Assembly (NCBI GenBank): GCA_028727605.1
Contig: JAQYOA010000018.1
Span: forward strand, 22,550 to 86,549
Direction of reading: 5' to 3'
DNA from: Lachnospiraceae bacterium
GTDB taxonomy: Bacteria; Bacillota; Clostridia; Lachnospirales; Lachnospiraceae
DNA: 64,000 nucleotides
Positions 1 through 10,622 of this stretch are shown here, in pieces (position 1 is the stretch's first letter; the number at the start of each line of letters is the position of its first letter). The position numbers and the translations under genes are program-made. Under the pieces are notes generated by a model. It worked only from the letters and a program-made list of their open reading frames with translations. It was not told the DNA's origin and ran no database searches.

Positions 1-144
1 GAGGCCGCTGCGCAGGGCACTTCCGCCGCCGAAAACAAGCAGAACCTTTGAGCCTCCCCATTTTTTTGCTTCCGCTCCGGCTTGGTCTTCAGCGCCTCTT
101 CCGAAAACAACCTCTGTCGGGGTATACTGTACAAAATTATTCAT
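1..144 (-). CDS. Iron-containing alcohol dehydrogenase (butanol dehydrogenase BdhA/YqhD-like), 5' part only; runs off the window edge
   Basis: Not in the ORF track. My translation of the minus strand from ATG at 144 (SD AGAAAGGAG upstream) is MNNFVQYTPTEVVFGRGAEDQAGAEAKKWGGSKVLLVFGGGSALRSGL, the typical Fe-ADH N-terminus (F..PT.v.FG.G ... KVLLVxGGGS..RSG). Confidence 0.88.
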   Translation of the reverse strand, partial: MNNFVQYTPTEVVFGRGAEDQAGAEAKKWGGSKVLLVFGGGSALRSGL

Positions 145-162
145 AATATCTCCTTTCTGATG

Positions 163-999
163 CTATTCATATATTTTGAGGTGATCAGTGTATAATTCAT
201 AAATATCATCCCGCCTGTTCATAAGAGCAGGGATCTGATTTCTTGCCTGGGTCAGTACGTCCGGATCGAGTTCGCAAAGAAGCACTTCGGGACGTTCTCC
301 GGAAACGGCAAGAATTTCGCCGAAAGGATCTATGATCATCGAATGACCATAAGCATCGAAACTGGCTTTTGTTCCGCACTGTCCTGCAGCCACTACATAG
401 CAGGCATTTTCGATTGCCCTTGCCCGAAGAAGTGTTTCCCAGTGTTTCTCTCCTGTGGTATGGGTGAAATTTGCAGAAACCAGAAGGATTTCAGCGCCGG
501 CAACCGCCATCAGACGATACAGTTCCGGGAAACGGAGATCATAGCAGATCGAGAAGCCGAACATGCCAAGTTCGGTATCTGCCATGACAATCTCATTTCC
601 GGGTGCAATCTCATCCGATTCCCGGTAAACGGTTCCGCCTGGGATATCCACATCGAACATATGGAGTTTGCTGTAACAGGCGCGGGTCTCGCCGTCGGGT
701 CCGAACAGAAACGAAGTATTGGAGGGCATTCCCGTACCGTTTCGAACGGTCATACTTCCGCAGTGAAGGTAGACACCATAACGCTTTGCCAGACTGGAAA
801 ATCTCCTGCTTACGTATCCAGGAACCCCACTGGCATGACCGGCCAGATCCTTTCCGATGTATTCGGAAGTTTCGGGATATAAAATGAAGCTTGCCCCTCC
901 CCGGACTGCTTCTGCCACGGATTGTTCTGCCATTCTCATATTTTCGTTGACATCCTGTCCGGAATTCATCTGAACCAGACCGATGGTAAATTTTTTCAT
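163..999 (-). CDS. Carbon-nitrogen hydrolase (nitrilase superfamily, Nit1/YbeM-like amidase)
   Basis: Glu-Lys-Cys triad motifs YPE, YSKLHMFDV and ICYDLRFPE, plus RARAIEN and YGHSMIIDPFG. Start placed at ATG 999 (MKKFTIGLVQM). Confidence 0.9.
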   Translation of the reverse strand: MKKFTIGLVQMNSGQDVNENMRMAEQSVAEAVRGGASFILYPETSEYIGKDLAGHASGVPGYVSRRFSSLAKRYGVYLHCGSMTVRNGTGMPSNTSFLFGPDGETRACYSKLHMFDVDIPGGTVYRESDEIAPGNEIVMADTELGMFGFSICYDLRFPELYRLMAVAGAEILLVSANFTHTTGEKHWETLLRARAIENACYVVAAGQCGTKASFDAYGHSMIIDPFGEILAVSGERPEVLLCELDPDVLTQARNQIPALMNRRDDIYELYTDHLKIYE

Positions 1000-1109
1000 A
1001 ATGTTATCCACTCACCTCTCTTTGTCATGCTTGACACCTATGTTTTATTATAGCTCAAATTCCGGAAAACAGCTACTGCTTTTTCGGGAAATCCGGCAGT
1101 ACAACAGGC

Positions 1110-1147
1110 AAAAAGGAAGGAGCCTCTGCACAGGCAAAGGCTCCTTG
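1110..1147 (-). terminator. Intrinsic terminator after argG
   Basis: AAGGAGCCT...AGGCTCCTT stem with a T-rich tail on the minus strand, just downstream of the argG stop. Confidence 0.65.
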
Positions 1148-1165
1148 TATATTTTGCTGCTTTTC

Positions 1166-2389
1166 TTATTTTTTCTTTTCGTTTTCCAGCATCTTCATTG
1201 CGCGAACTTTCAGAGGCAGTCCAAACAGTGTGATAAATCCGCTTGCATCGTGGTGATCATACAGATCTCCGGTGGTAAAGGAAGCCAGGGATTCATTGTA
1301 AAGGCTGTACGGAGAGGTTTCACCGGCCTTGATAATATTGCCCTTGTAAAGTTTAAATTTGACTTCACCGGTTACATATTTCTGGGTTACATCAACAAAA
1401 GCCTGAACAGCTTCCCTAAGCGGTGTAAACCATTTTCCCTCGTAAACGATCTGGGCAAACAGATTTCCCATATCTTTTTTGGTCTTTAAAGTTTCACGGT
1501 CGAGAACCAGCTCTTCGAGCTGTTCGTGAGCAGCCATCAAAATGGTGCCGCCCGGAGTTTCATAGACACCGCGGGATTTCATACCAACAACGCGGTTCTC
1601 CACGATATCTACAATACCGATGCCGTGCTTGCCGCCAAGGGTATTCAGCTCGGTGATAATCTCGGAAACTTTCATTTCCTTTCCGTTTAAGGTTTTGGGA
1701 ATACCTTCTTCGAAAGTCATGGTCACATATTCACCTTCATCCGGGGCTTTCTCCGGGGTGACGCCAAGAACCAGAAGATCATCATAGTTTGGCTCATTTG
1801 CCGGATCCTCCAGCTCGAGACCTTCATGGCTGATATGCCACAGGTTGCGGTCACGGCTGTAACTGTGATTTGCGTCAAAAGGAAGATCAATGCCGTGCTG
1901 TTTGCAGTATTCAAGCTCATCATCACGGGACTGGAGTGTCCATACATCTGTCATTCTCCAGGGAGCGATAATTTTCAGATCCGGAGCAAGTGCTTTGATT
2001 GCAAGCTCAAAACGGATCTGGTCGTTTCCTTTTCCGGTGGCACCGTGGCAGATTGCGGTAGCACCCTCTTTGCGGGCAATTTCCACCAGTTTCTTTGCGA
2101 TGACCGGACGTGCCATGGAAGTACCGAGCAGATATTTGTGCTCGTATACGGCACCTGCTTTTACACAGGGCATAATGTAGTCGTCGCAGAATTCGTCAAT
2201 AATATTTTCAATGTATAATTTAGAAGCGCCGGAGAGCTTTGCTCTCTCATCCAGACCATCCAGTTCGTTTCCCTGACCGCAGTCTACACAGCAACAGACA
2301 ACATCATAGTCAAAGTTTTCTTTCAGCCACGGAATAATTGTGGTGGTATCCAGACCGCCGGAATACGCAAGAATTACTTTTTCTCTCAT
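1166..2389 (-). CDS. argG: Argininosuccinate synthase
   Basis: [23 protein letters not shown] and [11 protein letters not shown] motifs; 407 aa. Confidence 0.98.
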   Translation of the reverse strand: MREKVILAYSGGLDTTTIIPWLKENFDYDVVCCCVDCGQGNELDGLDERAKLSGASKLYIENIIDEFCDDYIMPCVKAGAVYEHKYLLGTSMARPVIAKKLVEIARKEGATAICHGATGKGNDQIRFELAIKALAPDLKIIAPWRMTDVWTLQSRDDELEYCKQHGIDLPFDANHSYSRDRNLWHISHEGLELEDPANEPNYDDLLVLGVTPEKAPDEGEYVTMTFEEGIPKTLNGKEMKVSEIITELNTLGGKHGIGIVDIVENRVVGMKSRGVYETPGGTILMAAHEQLEELVLDRETLKTKKDMGNLFAQIVYEGKWFTPLREAVQAFVDVTQKYVTGEVKFKLYKGNIIKAGETSPYSLYNESLASFTTGDLYDHHDASGFITLFGLPLKVRAMKMLENEKKK

Positions 2390-2479
2390 CGTTTCGTCCT
2401 CCCAGAAATTATTTGCTTTGTTAAATATACATCATGTTTTCAAAATATGCAAGATCTTTTTCATAAAAACAAAAAATAC

Positions 2480-2515
2480 TTGCATATTATACAGAAAAGA
2501 TGTATACTTATGCAA
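2480..2515. promoter_or_regulatory. Tandem ARG boxes overlapping divergent sigmaA promoters for argG and argC
   Basis: TGTATACTTATGCA (2501-2514) fits the TGnAT-N4-ATnCA ArgR box, with an imperfect second box at 2481-2493. Plus strand: TTGCAT(2480)-17-TATACT(2503). Minus strand: TTGCAT(2515)-18-TATAAT(2491). Confidence 0.7.
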
Positions 2516-2646
2516 TCGTAGAGACAAAGTGACGGATTTTTTTACGGAATGGGATTTCCGTTGAAAATTGGAAGTATTTGTTATATGATGATTACGGTTC
2601 GGCAGGAGAGCCGACCGTGACAGAACGCAAAGGAGAAAGATAGGAT

Positions 2647-3687
2647 ATGATCAAAGCGGGAATTATCGGATCAACAGGATATGCCGGCGGTGAGCTGGTG
2701 CGAATTTTGCTGGCACATAAGGATGTGGAAATCAAATGGTATGGATCCCGAAGCTATATAGATAAGAAATATGCATCTGTATATCAGAATATGTTTCAGC
2801 TGGTGGATGATGTCTGCAAGGATGACAACATGGAGCAGCTGTCCAAAGAAGTGGATGTCATTTTTACAGCAACCCCACAGGGGCTCTGCGCATCTCTGGT
2901 AAACGAAGAAATTCTTTCCGGAACAAAAGTGATCGATCTGAGCGCAGATTTTCGGATTAAAGATGTTGCCACCTATGAGAAATGGTACAAACTGGAACAT
3001 AAAGCTCCGCAGTATATTGAGGAAGCGGTTTACGGGCTTTGCGAGATTAACCGTGAACAGGTTCGGAAGGCACGTCTGGTGGCAAATCCGGGATGCTATC
3101 CCACCTGTTCCACACTTTCTATTTATCCGCTTTTAAAGGAAGATCTGATTGATGGAAATACAATTATTATTGATGCAAAATCAGGCACTTCCGGAGCCGG
3201 AAGAGGAGCAAAAGTAGATAATCTTTACTGTGAAGTGAACGAAAATATTAAGGCATATGGTGTGGCAAATCACCGTCACACACCGGAGATTGAGGAGCAG
3301 CTTTCCTATGCGGCGGGTTATCCTGTTACGCTGAATTTTACACCTCATCTGGTACCGATGAACCGGGGAATTCTGGTAACCGCCTATGCTTCCCTGAAGA
3401 AAGATGTGACAGAGGAAGAGGTACGTGCTGTATATCAGAAGTACTATGAGAACGAACGTTTTGTGCGTGTACTTGAGAAAGATGTCTGCCCGCAGACAAA
3501 ATGGGTGGAGGGAAGCAATTATGTGGATGTGAATTTCAAGATTGATCCGAGAACCAATCGGGTGATTATGATGGGAGCTATGGATAATCTTGTGAAGGGA
3601 GCGGCCGGTCAGGCTGTTCAGAATATGAATCTGATGTTTGGTCTGGATGAGGCAGAGGGGCTTCTGATGCCTCCGATGTTCCCGTAA
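2647..3687 (+). CDS. argC: N-acetyl-gamma-glutamyl-phosphate reductase
   Basis: GSTGYAG, ANPGCYPT, SGTSGAG and DNLVKGAAGQAVQNMN motifs. Confidence 0.98.
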   Translation: MIKAGIIGSTGYAGGELVRILLAHKDVEIKWYGSRSYIDKKYASVYQNMFQLVDDVCKDDNMEQLSKEVDVIFTATPQGLCASLVNEEILSGTKVIDLSADFRIKDVATYEKWYKLEHKAPQYIEEAVYGLCEINREQVRKARLVANPGCYPTCSTLSIYPLLKEDLIDGNTIIIDAKSGTSGAGRGAKVDNLYCEVNENIKAYGVANHRHTPEIEEQLSYAAGYPVTLNFTPHLVPMNRGILVTAYASLKKDVTEEEVRAVYQKYYENERFVRVLEKDVCPQTKWVEGSNYVDVNFKIDPRTNRVIMMGAMDNLVKGAAGQAVQNMNLMFGLDEAEGLLMPPMFP

Positions 3688-3748
3688 AAGATCCTACCAT
3701 ATAAGGTACAGACTGGATTTTATGAGAGGAAAGGGCAGGTAAAAGAGG

Positions 3749-4972
3749 ATGAAGAAGATTGACGGAGGCGTGACAGCCGCGAAAGGATTTTTTGCAGCAG
3801 GCGGTGCTGCCGGAATTAAAAAAGAGGGAAAAAATGACATGGCACTGGTGTACTGTGAGGTCCCCTGTGTGGCAGCGGGAACTTTTACAACCAATGTGGT
3901 AAAAGCCGCGCCGGTGAAGTGGGATCAGGAAATTGTGTACCATCATCCGGCTGCACAGGCAATTGTCTGCAACAGCGGGATCGCGAATGCCTGCACCGGA
4001 GCGGAAGGATATGGCTACTGCAGCGAGACCGCAAAAGTGGCTTCCAGAGAGCTTAACATTCCGGAAGATTCCGTGCTGGTTGCGTCCACAGGCGTAATCG
4101 GAAAACAGCTTCCTATGGAGAAAATTGCCGCGGGCGTCAGAATGCTCTCCAAAGAGCTTGCTTCGGATCGGGAAGCTGCTGCAAAAGCGGCACAGGCTAT
4201 CATGACGACTGACACAGAACCAAAGGAGGTTGCTGTGGAGGTGGAAATCGGCGGAAAGACGGTTACCATCGGAGGCATGTGTAAAGGATCCGGCATGATC
4301 CATCCCAATATGTGTACCATGTTAAGCTTTGTGACCACAGATCTTTGCATTTCCAAGGAATTGCTTCAGGAAGCGTTAAGTGAGGTGGTTCCGGATACCT
4401 ATAATATGATTTCCGTGGACGGGGATACTTCCACCAATGATACGGTTCTGCTGCTTGCAAGCGGCCTTGCCGGCAACCCGGAAATCAAAGAAAAAAATGA
4501 AGATTACCGTACGTTTGTTGAGGCACTTTTTGAAGTAAACAAAACCCAGGCAATGCATATTGCAGGGGACGGAGAGGGAGCGACAGCACTCTTTGAAGTG
4601 ACCGTCTGTGGAGCAAAGGACAAAGCACAGGCAGTGACACTTGCAAAATCGGTAGTGACCTCAAGCCTGACCAAAGCGGCGATTTTCGGACATGATGCCA
4701 ACTGGGGAAGAATTCTCTGTGCGATGGGATATTCCGGAGCAGATTTTGATCCAGAGAAAGTGGATCTCTATTTTGAGAGCGCCAAAGGAAAAATACAGAT
4801 TATTGCAGACGGTGTTGCAGTGGACTACAGTGAGGAAGAGGCTACAAAAATTCTCTCTGAGCCGAAGGTGACTGCAACGGCAGATATCCATATGGGTAAT
4901 GCCAGCGCCACGGCATGGGGCTGTGATCTGACCTATGAATATGTCAAGATTAATGCAGATTATCGTTCCTGA
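3749..4972 (+). CDS. argJ: Bifunctional ornithine acetyltransferase/N-acetylglutamate synthase
   Basis: [14 protein letters not shown] autoproteolysis motif, [15 protein letters not shown] and C-terminal INADYRS. Confidence 0.97.
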   Translation: MKKIDGGVTAAKGFFAAGGAAGIKKEGKNDMALVYCEVPCVAAGTFTTNVVKAAPVKWDQEIVYHHPAAQAIVCNSGIANACTGAEGYGYCSETAKVASRELNIPEDSVLVASTGVIGKQLPMEKIAAGVRMLSKELASDREAAAKAAQAIMTTDTEPKEVAVEVEIGGKTVTIGGMCKGSGMIHPNMCTMLSFVTTDLCISKELLQEALSEVVPDTYNMISVDGDTSTNDTVLLLASGLAGNPEIKEKNEDYRTFVEALFEVNKTQAMHIAGDGEGATALFEVTVCGAKDKAQAVTLAKSVVTSSLTKAAIFGHDANWGRILCAMGYSGADFDPEKVDLYFESAKGKIQIIADGVAVDYSEEEATKILSEPKVTATADIHMGNASATAWGCDLTYEYVKINADYRS

Positions 4973-5009
4973 AACAAAAAGAGTCGGTACGAAAGAAGGA
5001 GAGCATAAA

Positions 5010-5906
5010 ATGGTAAATCAGATGTATCTGGACAAGGCGAACGTATTGATTGAAGCCCTGCCCTATATTCAGCGTTTTAACCGCAAAATTATTGTGGTGA
5101 AATATGGCGGAAGTGCCATGGTAGATCAGGAACTGAAAAAAAGTGTAATAGAGGACGTTGTTCTTCTGAAACTGGTTGGATTTAAGCCGATTATTGTCCA
5201 CGGAGGCGGAAAGGAAATCAGCCGCTGGGTGGGGAAAGTCGGTATGGAACCGAAGTTTAAAAACGGCCTTCGTGTGACGGATGCGGACACAATGGAAGTT
5301 GCAGAGATGGTGCTGAACAAGGTGAACAAAGAACTGGTCAGTCTGGTTCAGTCTCTGGGTGTCAAGGCTGTTGGAATCAGCGGAAAAGACGGCGGTCTTC
5401 TGAATGTGACAAAAAAATATTCCGACGGTGAAGATATCGGATTTGTGGGAGATATCAAAAAAGTGACACCGAAGGTGCTGTATGATCTTCTGGATCAGGA
5501 TTTTCTGCCGATTGTCTGTCCGGTGGGTATGGATGATGAGTTCAATACATACAACATCAATGCGGATGATGCAGCCTGTGCAATTGCAGAAGCTATGAAT
5601 GCAGAAAAGCTGGCGTTTCTTACGGATATCGAAGGCGTTTATAAGGACCCGAAAGACCCCTCCAGCCTGATTTCGGAGCTGCGTGTCAGCCAGGCTCGCA
5701 GGCTGATTGCCGATGGAAACGTGGGCGGCGGCATGATTCCGAAACTTCAGGGATGTATTGATGCCATTGAAAACGGTGTATCCAGAGTTCATATATTGGA
5801 CGGAAGAATTCCGCACTGTCTGCTGCTGGAGATCTTTACCAACAAAGGAATCGGTACCGCGATTCTCGATGAAAGCGAGGAAAAATATTACAATGAAAAC
5901 GAGTGA
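5010..5906 (+). CDS. argB: Acetylglutamate kinase
   Basis: [22 protein letters not shown] and GGMIPK motifs. Start at ATG 5010 after an AAGGAG SD. Confidence 0.97.
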   Translation: MVNQMYLDKANVLIEALPYIQRFNRKIIVVKYGGSAMVDQELKKSVIEDVVLLKLVGFKPIIVHGGGKEISRWVGKVGMEPKFKNGLRVTDADTMEVAEMVLNKVNKELVSLVQSLGVKAVGISGKDGGLLNVTKKYSDGEDIGFVGDIKKVTPKVLYDLLDQDFLPIVCPVGMDDEFNTYNINADDAACAIAEAMNAEKLAFLTDIEGVYKDPKDPSSLISELRVSQARRLIADGNVGGGMIPKLQGCIDAIENGVSRVHILDGRIPHCLLLEIFTNKGIGTAILDESEEKYYNENE

Positions 5907-7086
5907 AGCAATCCAAATGACGGAGCAGTATGTGCTTCATACTTACAATCGGTTCCAGCTTGTTCTGGATCATGGAAAAGGAGTTCATCTGTATGACACA
6001 GACGGGAAGGAATATCTTGATTTTGCCGCCGGAATCGCTGTGTACGCACTCGGATATGGAAATGAAACCTATAATCAGGCTTTGAAGGATCAGATTGACA
6101 AGGTAATCCATACTTCCAATCTGTTTTACCATGTTCCTCTTGGAACGGCTGCCAAAAAGCTTGCGGATGCCGCCGGGATGGATAAAGTTTTCTTTACCAA
6201 CAGCGGAACAGAGGCAATTGAAGGAGCCATAAAAGCAGCGAAAAAGTATGCCTATCTGAGGGATAAGAGCAGTGATCATGAAATTATTGCAATGAACCAG
6301 TCTTTCCATGGCAGAAGCCTCGGAGCTCTGTCGGTAACCGGAAATGCTCATTATCAGGAACCGTTTCTTCCTTTGATCGGCGGAATTAAGTTTGCAGATT
6401 TTAATGATCTGGAAAGTGTTAAGGCGCAGATCAATGAAAAAACCTGTGCGATTATCATGGAAACCATTCAGGGTGAAGGCGGGATCTATCCGGCGACAGA
6501 GGAGTTTTTAAAGGGCGTTCGTGCACTGTGTGACGAGCATGATATTCTTCTGATTCTGGACGAAATTCAGTGCGGTATGGGAAGAAGCGGAAAAATGTTT
6601 GCATGGCAGGAATACGGGGTAAAACCGGATATTATGACCTGTGCAAAAGCATTGGGCTGCGGAGTGCCGGTAGGTGCCTTTGTCCTGAATAAAAAAACGG
6701 CAGAGAATTCTCTGGTGCCCGGTGATCACGGTACGACTTACGGAGGAAATCCGCTGGCCTGCGCGGCAATCAATGCTGTGTTTGATATTTTTGAAAGAGA
6801 TCATGTGGCAGAACATGTGGCAGAGCTGACCCCATACCTTGAGCAGCGGCTGGATGAACTGGTGTCGGAATATGAGGTTCTGGAAGGACGCCGGGGAAAA
6901 GGCTTCATGCAGGGACTGATCGTGAAGGGTCGTCCGGTGGGAGAGATTATTCAGAAAGCGATTGAAAACGGATTGCTGGTAATTTCTGCCGGAAGCAATG
7001 TGCTGCGGCTGGTGCCTCCGCTGGTGATTACAAAAGAGGACATTGATGAGATGATTGAAAAGCTGAAAAAAGCGCTGGAATCCTGA
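5893..7086 (+). CDS. argD: Acetylornithine aminotransferase (class III PLP)
   Basis: [28 protein letters not shown] and HGTTYGGNP motifs. Start at ATG 5893, overlapping the end of argB. Confidence 0.95.
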   Translation: MKTSEAIQMTEQYVLHTYNRFQLVLDHGKGVHLYDTDGKEYLDFAAGIAVYALGYGNETYNQALKDQIDKVIHTSNLFYHVPLGTAAKKLADAAGMDKVFFTNSGTEAIEGAIKAAKKYAYLRDKSSDHEIIAMNQSFHGRSLGALSVTGNAHYQEPFLPLIGGIKFADFNDLESVKAQINEKTCAIIMETIQGEGGIYPATEEFLKGVRALCDEHDILLILDEIQCGMGRSGKMFAWQEYGVKPDIMTCAKALGCGVPVGAFVLNKKTAENSLVPGDHGTTYGGNPLACAAINAVFDIFERDHVAEHVAELTPYLEQRLDELVSEYEVLEGRRGKGFMQGLIVKGRPVGEIIQKAIENGLLVISAGSNVLRLVPPLVITKEDIDEMIEKLKKALES

Positions 7087-7111
7087 TTTTAATCAGAGAT
7101 TGAACGGGCTG

Positions 7112-7156
7112 AAAAAAGGACGCACTTTCCATTTGGGAGGGATGCGTCCTTTTTTT
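7112..7156 (+). terminator. Intrinsic terminator of argCJBD
   Basis: AAAAAAGGACGCA...TGCGTCCTTTTTTT inverted repeat with a T-tract. Confidence 0.85.
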
Positions 7157-7253
7157 GCATAAAAAAAAGGAAATCGGTCAATTCTTTATTGCAGATGAGA
7201 AAAACTGATGTCCTTTAAAAAAGGATAACATTCCGGAAAAGGAGGAGTTGCAG

Positions 7254-7685
7254 ATGTCGGGAATGCTGACTGCATTGATTTCCGGTGCCCTGATGAGCAT
7301 ACAGGGAGTCTTTAATACAGATGTCACAAAACAAACCAGTACCTGGGTTGCTGCCGGGTGGGTTCAGTTGACAGCCTTTCTTGTGTGCACAGCCGCATGG
7401 CTTATAACCGGAAGAGCTCCCATCGGAGGAATCTGTCAGGTAAAACCCTGGTATACGCTGCTTGGCGGGGTAATCGGAGCATTTATTACAATCACGGTCA
7501 TTGGAAGCATGAACGCATTGGGGCCGGCGAAGGCTGCCATGCTGATTGTGATTTCCCAGCTGATTGTCGCATGGGTGATAGAACTTTTTGGCTTGTTTGG
7601 CATGGAGAAAACGGAATTTTCTTTGAGAAAGCTGATCGGTATGGGAATTGCGATTGGTGGAATTGTACTGTTTAAATGGGAATAA
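7254..7685 (+). CDS. DMT-superfamily small membrane transporter (YdcZ/DUF606-like)
   Basis: Hydrophobic ~143 aa with about 5 TM segments; the GALMSIQGVFN, LLGGVIGA and SQLIVAWVIELFGLFG patterns are typical of this family. Confidence 0.8.
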   Translation: MSGMLTALISGALMSIQGVFNTDVTKQTSTWVAAGWVQLTAFLVCTAAWLITGRAPIGGICQVKPWYTLLGGVIGAFITITVIGSMNALGPAKAAMLIVISQLIVAWVIELFGLFGMEKTEFSLRKLIGMGIAIGGIVLFKWE

Positions 7686-7701
7686 ACAACGAGATTTCTA
7701 C

Positions 7702-7730
7702 TTGTATTTTCCGGGTACTTTCGTTACAAT
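7702..7730 (+). promoter_or_regulatory. Putative sigmaA promoter of the comEA operon
   Basis: TTGTAT-17bp-TACAAT. Confidence 0.55.
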
Positions 7731-7793
7731 AGAAAATAAGTTATGCAGACACAAGGGACCTTGCGGCGGATCAGCCAAAAGGAGTGATGCACG

Positions 7794-8483
7794 ATGAAAA
7801 ATAGCTGCAAAAGAATCTTTATGCTGGCGTTCACGCTGGTTTTTTTGCTTTGCTCATGCAATGATACAGATACAGTTTATGAACTAAAAGATGACAGCGA
7901 GAGTGTAACTGCGGTATCCGGGAACCAACAGAATCCAACGGATGAAAAAACAGAGGAAATTACGGTTTCCGGATCATCGGAGGAGAAAAAACAGGGTACA
8001 CAAACGGGTGAAAAAAGTGAACTGCAGGTGTATATTTGCGGCGCAGTTCAAAATCCGGGAGTGTATACTCTTACAGAGGGCAGCCGTGTAGTAGATGCGA
8101 TCAGCGCGGCAGGAGGACTGAAAAGCGATGCCTGTGAGATCGCCCTCAATCAGGCCCGGGTGCTGTCTGACGGGGAACAGATTATCGTCTGGACACTGGA
8201 GGAAGCAAAGAACCTTGGACTTGACAAAGCCGGCGCACTGCAAAGTGCGGCGGACTCTGCCGACAGCGCGGACACATCCGGTGAGGAAAGCGGAAAAGTC
8301 AATCTGAACCGGGCATCAAAAGAACAGCTGATGACATTGCCGGGGATCGGAGAGACACGGGCGGAGGCAATTCTTTCCTACCGTGAGCAGAATGGACCGT
8401 TCCGGCAGATTGAAGATATCATGAACATTGATGGCATCAAAGAAAAAATGTTTGAAAAGATAAGGGGTTCTATTGAAGTTTAG
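7794..8483 (+). CDS. comEA: Competence DNA-binding protein ComEA (SLBB + helix-hairpin-helix), lipoprotein-like N-terminus
   Basis: VYICGAVQNPGVY (SLBB domain) and VNLNRAS..LMTLPGIGETRAEAI..YREQNGPF (HhH). N-terminal hydrophobic stretch ends in LCSC. Confidence 0.9.
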   Translation: MKNSCKRIFMLAFTLVFLLCSCNDTDTVYELKDDSESVTAVSGNQQNPTDEKTEEITVSGSSEEKKQGTQTGEKSELQVYICGAVQNPGVYTLTEGSRVVDAISAAGGLKSDACEIALNQARVLSDGEQIIVWTLEEAKNLGLDKAGALQSAADSADSADTSGEESGKVNLNRASKEQLMTLPGIGETRAEAILSYREQNGPFRQIEDIMNIDGIKEKMFEKIRGSIEV

Positions 8484-8500
8484 GACAATAAGGAGATAAC

Positions 8501-9190
8501 ATGGCAAAAAAAGTTCTGGTAGTCGATGATGAAAAATTGATTGTGAAAGGCATTCGCTTCAGCCTGGAGCAGGATGGCATGGAAGTGGACTGTGCATATG
8601 ACGGGGAGGAAGCACTGTCCATGGCAAGGGAGCATGAGTATGATATGATTCTGCTGGATCTGATGCTTCCAAAGCTGGACGGACTGTCCGTATGCCAGCA
8701 GATCCGGGAATTTTCCGATGTTCCTATTGTGATGCTGACCGCCAAAGGGGAGGACATGGATAAGATTCTGGGACTGGAATACGGAGCGGATGATTATATT
8801 ACAAAACCTTTTAATATCCTTGAGGTAAAGGCACGAATCAAAGCGATTATGAGACGAACCGCGCGAACGGAGCAGAAAGAGGAAAAAGCGAAGGTCGTGC
8901 AGGTAAAGGATCTGAAGCTGGACTGCGAGGGACGCAGAGTCTTTATCGGGGACAAGGAGATCAATCTGACCGCCAAAGAGTTCGACGTACTGGAACTTTT
9001 AGTCTTTAATCCAAACAAGGTTTACAGCCGGGAGAATCTGCTGAACATTGTCTGGGGCTATGAGTATCCGGGGGATGTGCGTACGGTTGATGTACATATC
9101 CGCCGCCTGCGGGAAAAAATAGAAAAGAATCCAAGTGAGCCGAAGTACGTTCATACAAAGTGGGGAGTTGGTTATTATTTCCAGGCTTAA
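8501..9190 (+). CDS. OmpR/PhoB-family response regulator (WalR/MtrA-like)
   Basis: Receiver motifs VVDDE, LLDLMLP and GADDYITKPF; winged-helix motif RTVDVHIRRLREKIE. Confidence 0.93.
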   Translation: MAKKVLVVDDEKLIVKGIRFSLEQDGMEVDCAYDGEEALSMAREHEYDMILLDLMLPKLDGLSVCQQIREFSDVPIVMLTAKGEDMDKILGLEYGADDYITKPFNILEVKARIKAIMRRTARTEQKEEKAKVVQVKDLKLDCEGRRVFIGDKEINLTAKEFDVLELLVFNPNKVYSRENLLNIVWGYEYPGDVRTVDVHIRRLREKIEKNPSEPKYVHTKWGVGYYFQA

Positions 9191-10613
9191 ATTAAAGGGG
9201 AAATGGAAAGCTCTGAGAAGCCTGCGCTTTCGCATTACGGTGATTCTGGTCGTGATCGGAATTGTTCCCTGCGTGATTGTGGAAAACGGAATTGTGCGAA
9301 GCTATGAGAACCGGGCGGTGTCGGTCAGAGCAGTGACAGTGAAAAATCAGTGCGATATTATCTGTAATCAGCTGATTCAGCAGAACTATATGGAAAATCC
9401 CACTTCGGCCGTTATCAACGGGGAACTGAATATGCTGACCAATATTTACGGCGGGCGGATTTTAATTATCAATGAGGATTTTTGCGTAATTCAGGACACC
9501 TATGATCTGGACCGGGGGAAAACAATTGTCTCTCAGGAGGTAATCTGGAGTTATCAGGGGAAAGAGACCACTCAGTATGATAAGAAAAATAATTATCTGG
9601 AGATGACTGCCAGGATTCAGAATACGGAGACGAAGGAGATCCTGGGAGTTATGCTGATCAGTATTTCTACTGATGAGATCCGGACGAATATGCAGATTCT
9701 CGAGACAAAAGGAATTACGATCCTTACGATTATCGGTATACTGGTTTTGATCTTCGGTTATCTTCTTGCGGGAATTCTGATGAAACCGTTCCAGAAGGTG
9801 ACAAGGGCAATTGAGGACATTACAGACGGATATCTGGATGAAAGCATTTCCGTTCCCGATTATCTGGAGACAGAACTGATTACGGATGCATTTAACAAAA
9901 TGCTTGGAAAAGTCAGGGCACTGGATGAATCGCGCCAGGAGTTTGTTTCCAATGTCTCTCATGAACTGAAAACGCCGCTGGCGTCTATGAAAGTGCTGGC
10001 AGATTCTCTGAATGCGCAGCAGGATGTTCCGGTGGAAATTTATCAGGAATTCATGCAGGATATTACACAGGAAATTGACCGGGAAAATCAGATTATCACT
10101 GATTTGCTTTCTCTGGTTAAAATGGATAAGAAAGCAGCAGATTTGAATATTACGCAGGTCAATATCAATGATTTGCTGGAACTGCTGTTGAAGCGCCTGC
10201 GGCCGATTGCGGCAGAAAAACATGTGGAACTGATTCTGGACAGTTTTCGCCCGGTGAATGCGGAGGTAGATGAGACGAAGCTTTCCCTGGCTTTTTCGAA
10301 TCTGATTGAAAACGGCATCAAATACAATGTCAGCGAAGGCTGGGTGAGAGTATCTCTGAATGCAGACCATAAGTATTTTTACGTGACGGTGGCGGATTCG
10401 GGCATTGGAATTCCGGAGGAATCGCTGGATCATATTTTTGAGCGGTTCTATCGGGTGGACAAATCTCATTCCAGGGAAATCGGAGGTACCGGTCTTGGTC
10501 TTGCGATTGCGCGGAATGCGATTGTCATGCACCGTGGGGCAATCAAAGTATACAGTAAGGTGGATGAGGGAACGACGTTCTCGGTTCGGATTCCGCTGAA
10601 CTATATTGTATAG
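9135..10613 (+). CDS. Membrane sensor histidine kinase (2 TM, HAMP, HisKA, HATPase_c); start codon uncertain
   Basis: H-box FVSNVSHELKTPL, N-box NLIENGIKY and G-boxes DSGIGI, FERFYRVD and GGTGLGLAI. Confidence 0.93.
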   Translation: MSRSTFIQSGELVIISRLKLKGKWKALRSLRFRITVILVVIGIVPCVIVENGIVRSYENRAVSVRAVTVKNQCDIICNQLIQQNYMENPTSAVINGELNMLTNIYGGRILIINEDFCVIQDTYDLDRGKTIVSQEVIWSYQGKETTQYDKKNNYLEMTARIQNTETKEILGVMLISISTDEIRTNMQILETKGITILTIIGILVLIFGYLLAGILMKPFQKVTRAIEDITDGYLDESISVPDYLETELITDAFNKMLGKVRALDESRQEFVSNVSHELKTPLASMKVLADSLNAQQDVPVEIYQEFMQDITQEIDRENQIITDLLSLVKMDKKAADLNITQVNINDLLELLLKRLRPIAAEKHVELILDSFRPVNAEVDETKLSLAFSNLIENGIKYNVSEGWVRVSLNADHKYFYVTVADSGIGIPEESLDHIFERFYRVDKSHSREIGGTGLGLAIARNAIVMHRGAIKVYSKVDEGTTFSVRIPLNYIV

Positions 10614-10622
10614 GAGGTGCCA

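Noticed and set aside
55-70. T7 homopolymer in the Fe-ADH gene, considered as a frameshift
   Set aside because: Translation through it stays in frame (EAKKWGGSKVLLV).
7157-7185. Possible sigmaF/sigmaG sporulation promoter (GCATA...GG) before the DMT gene
   Set aside because: The spacing and the -10 element match the consensus poorly.
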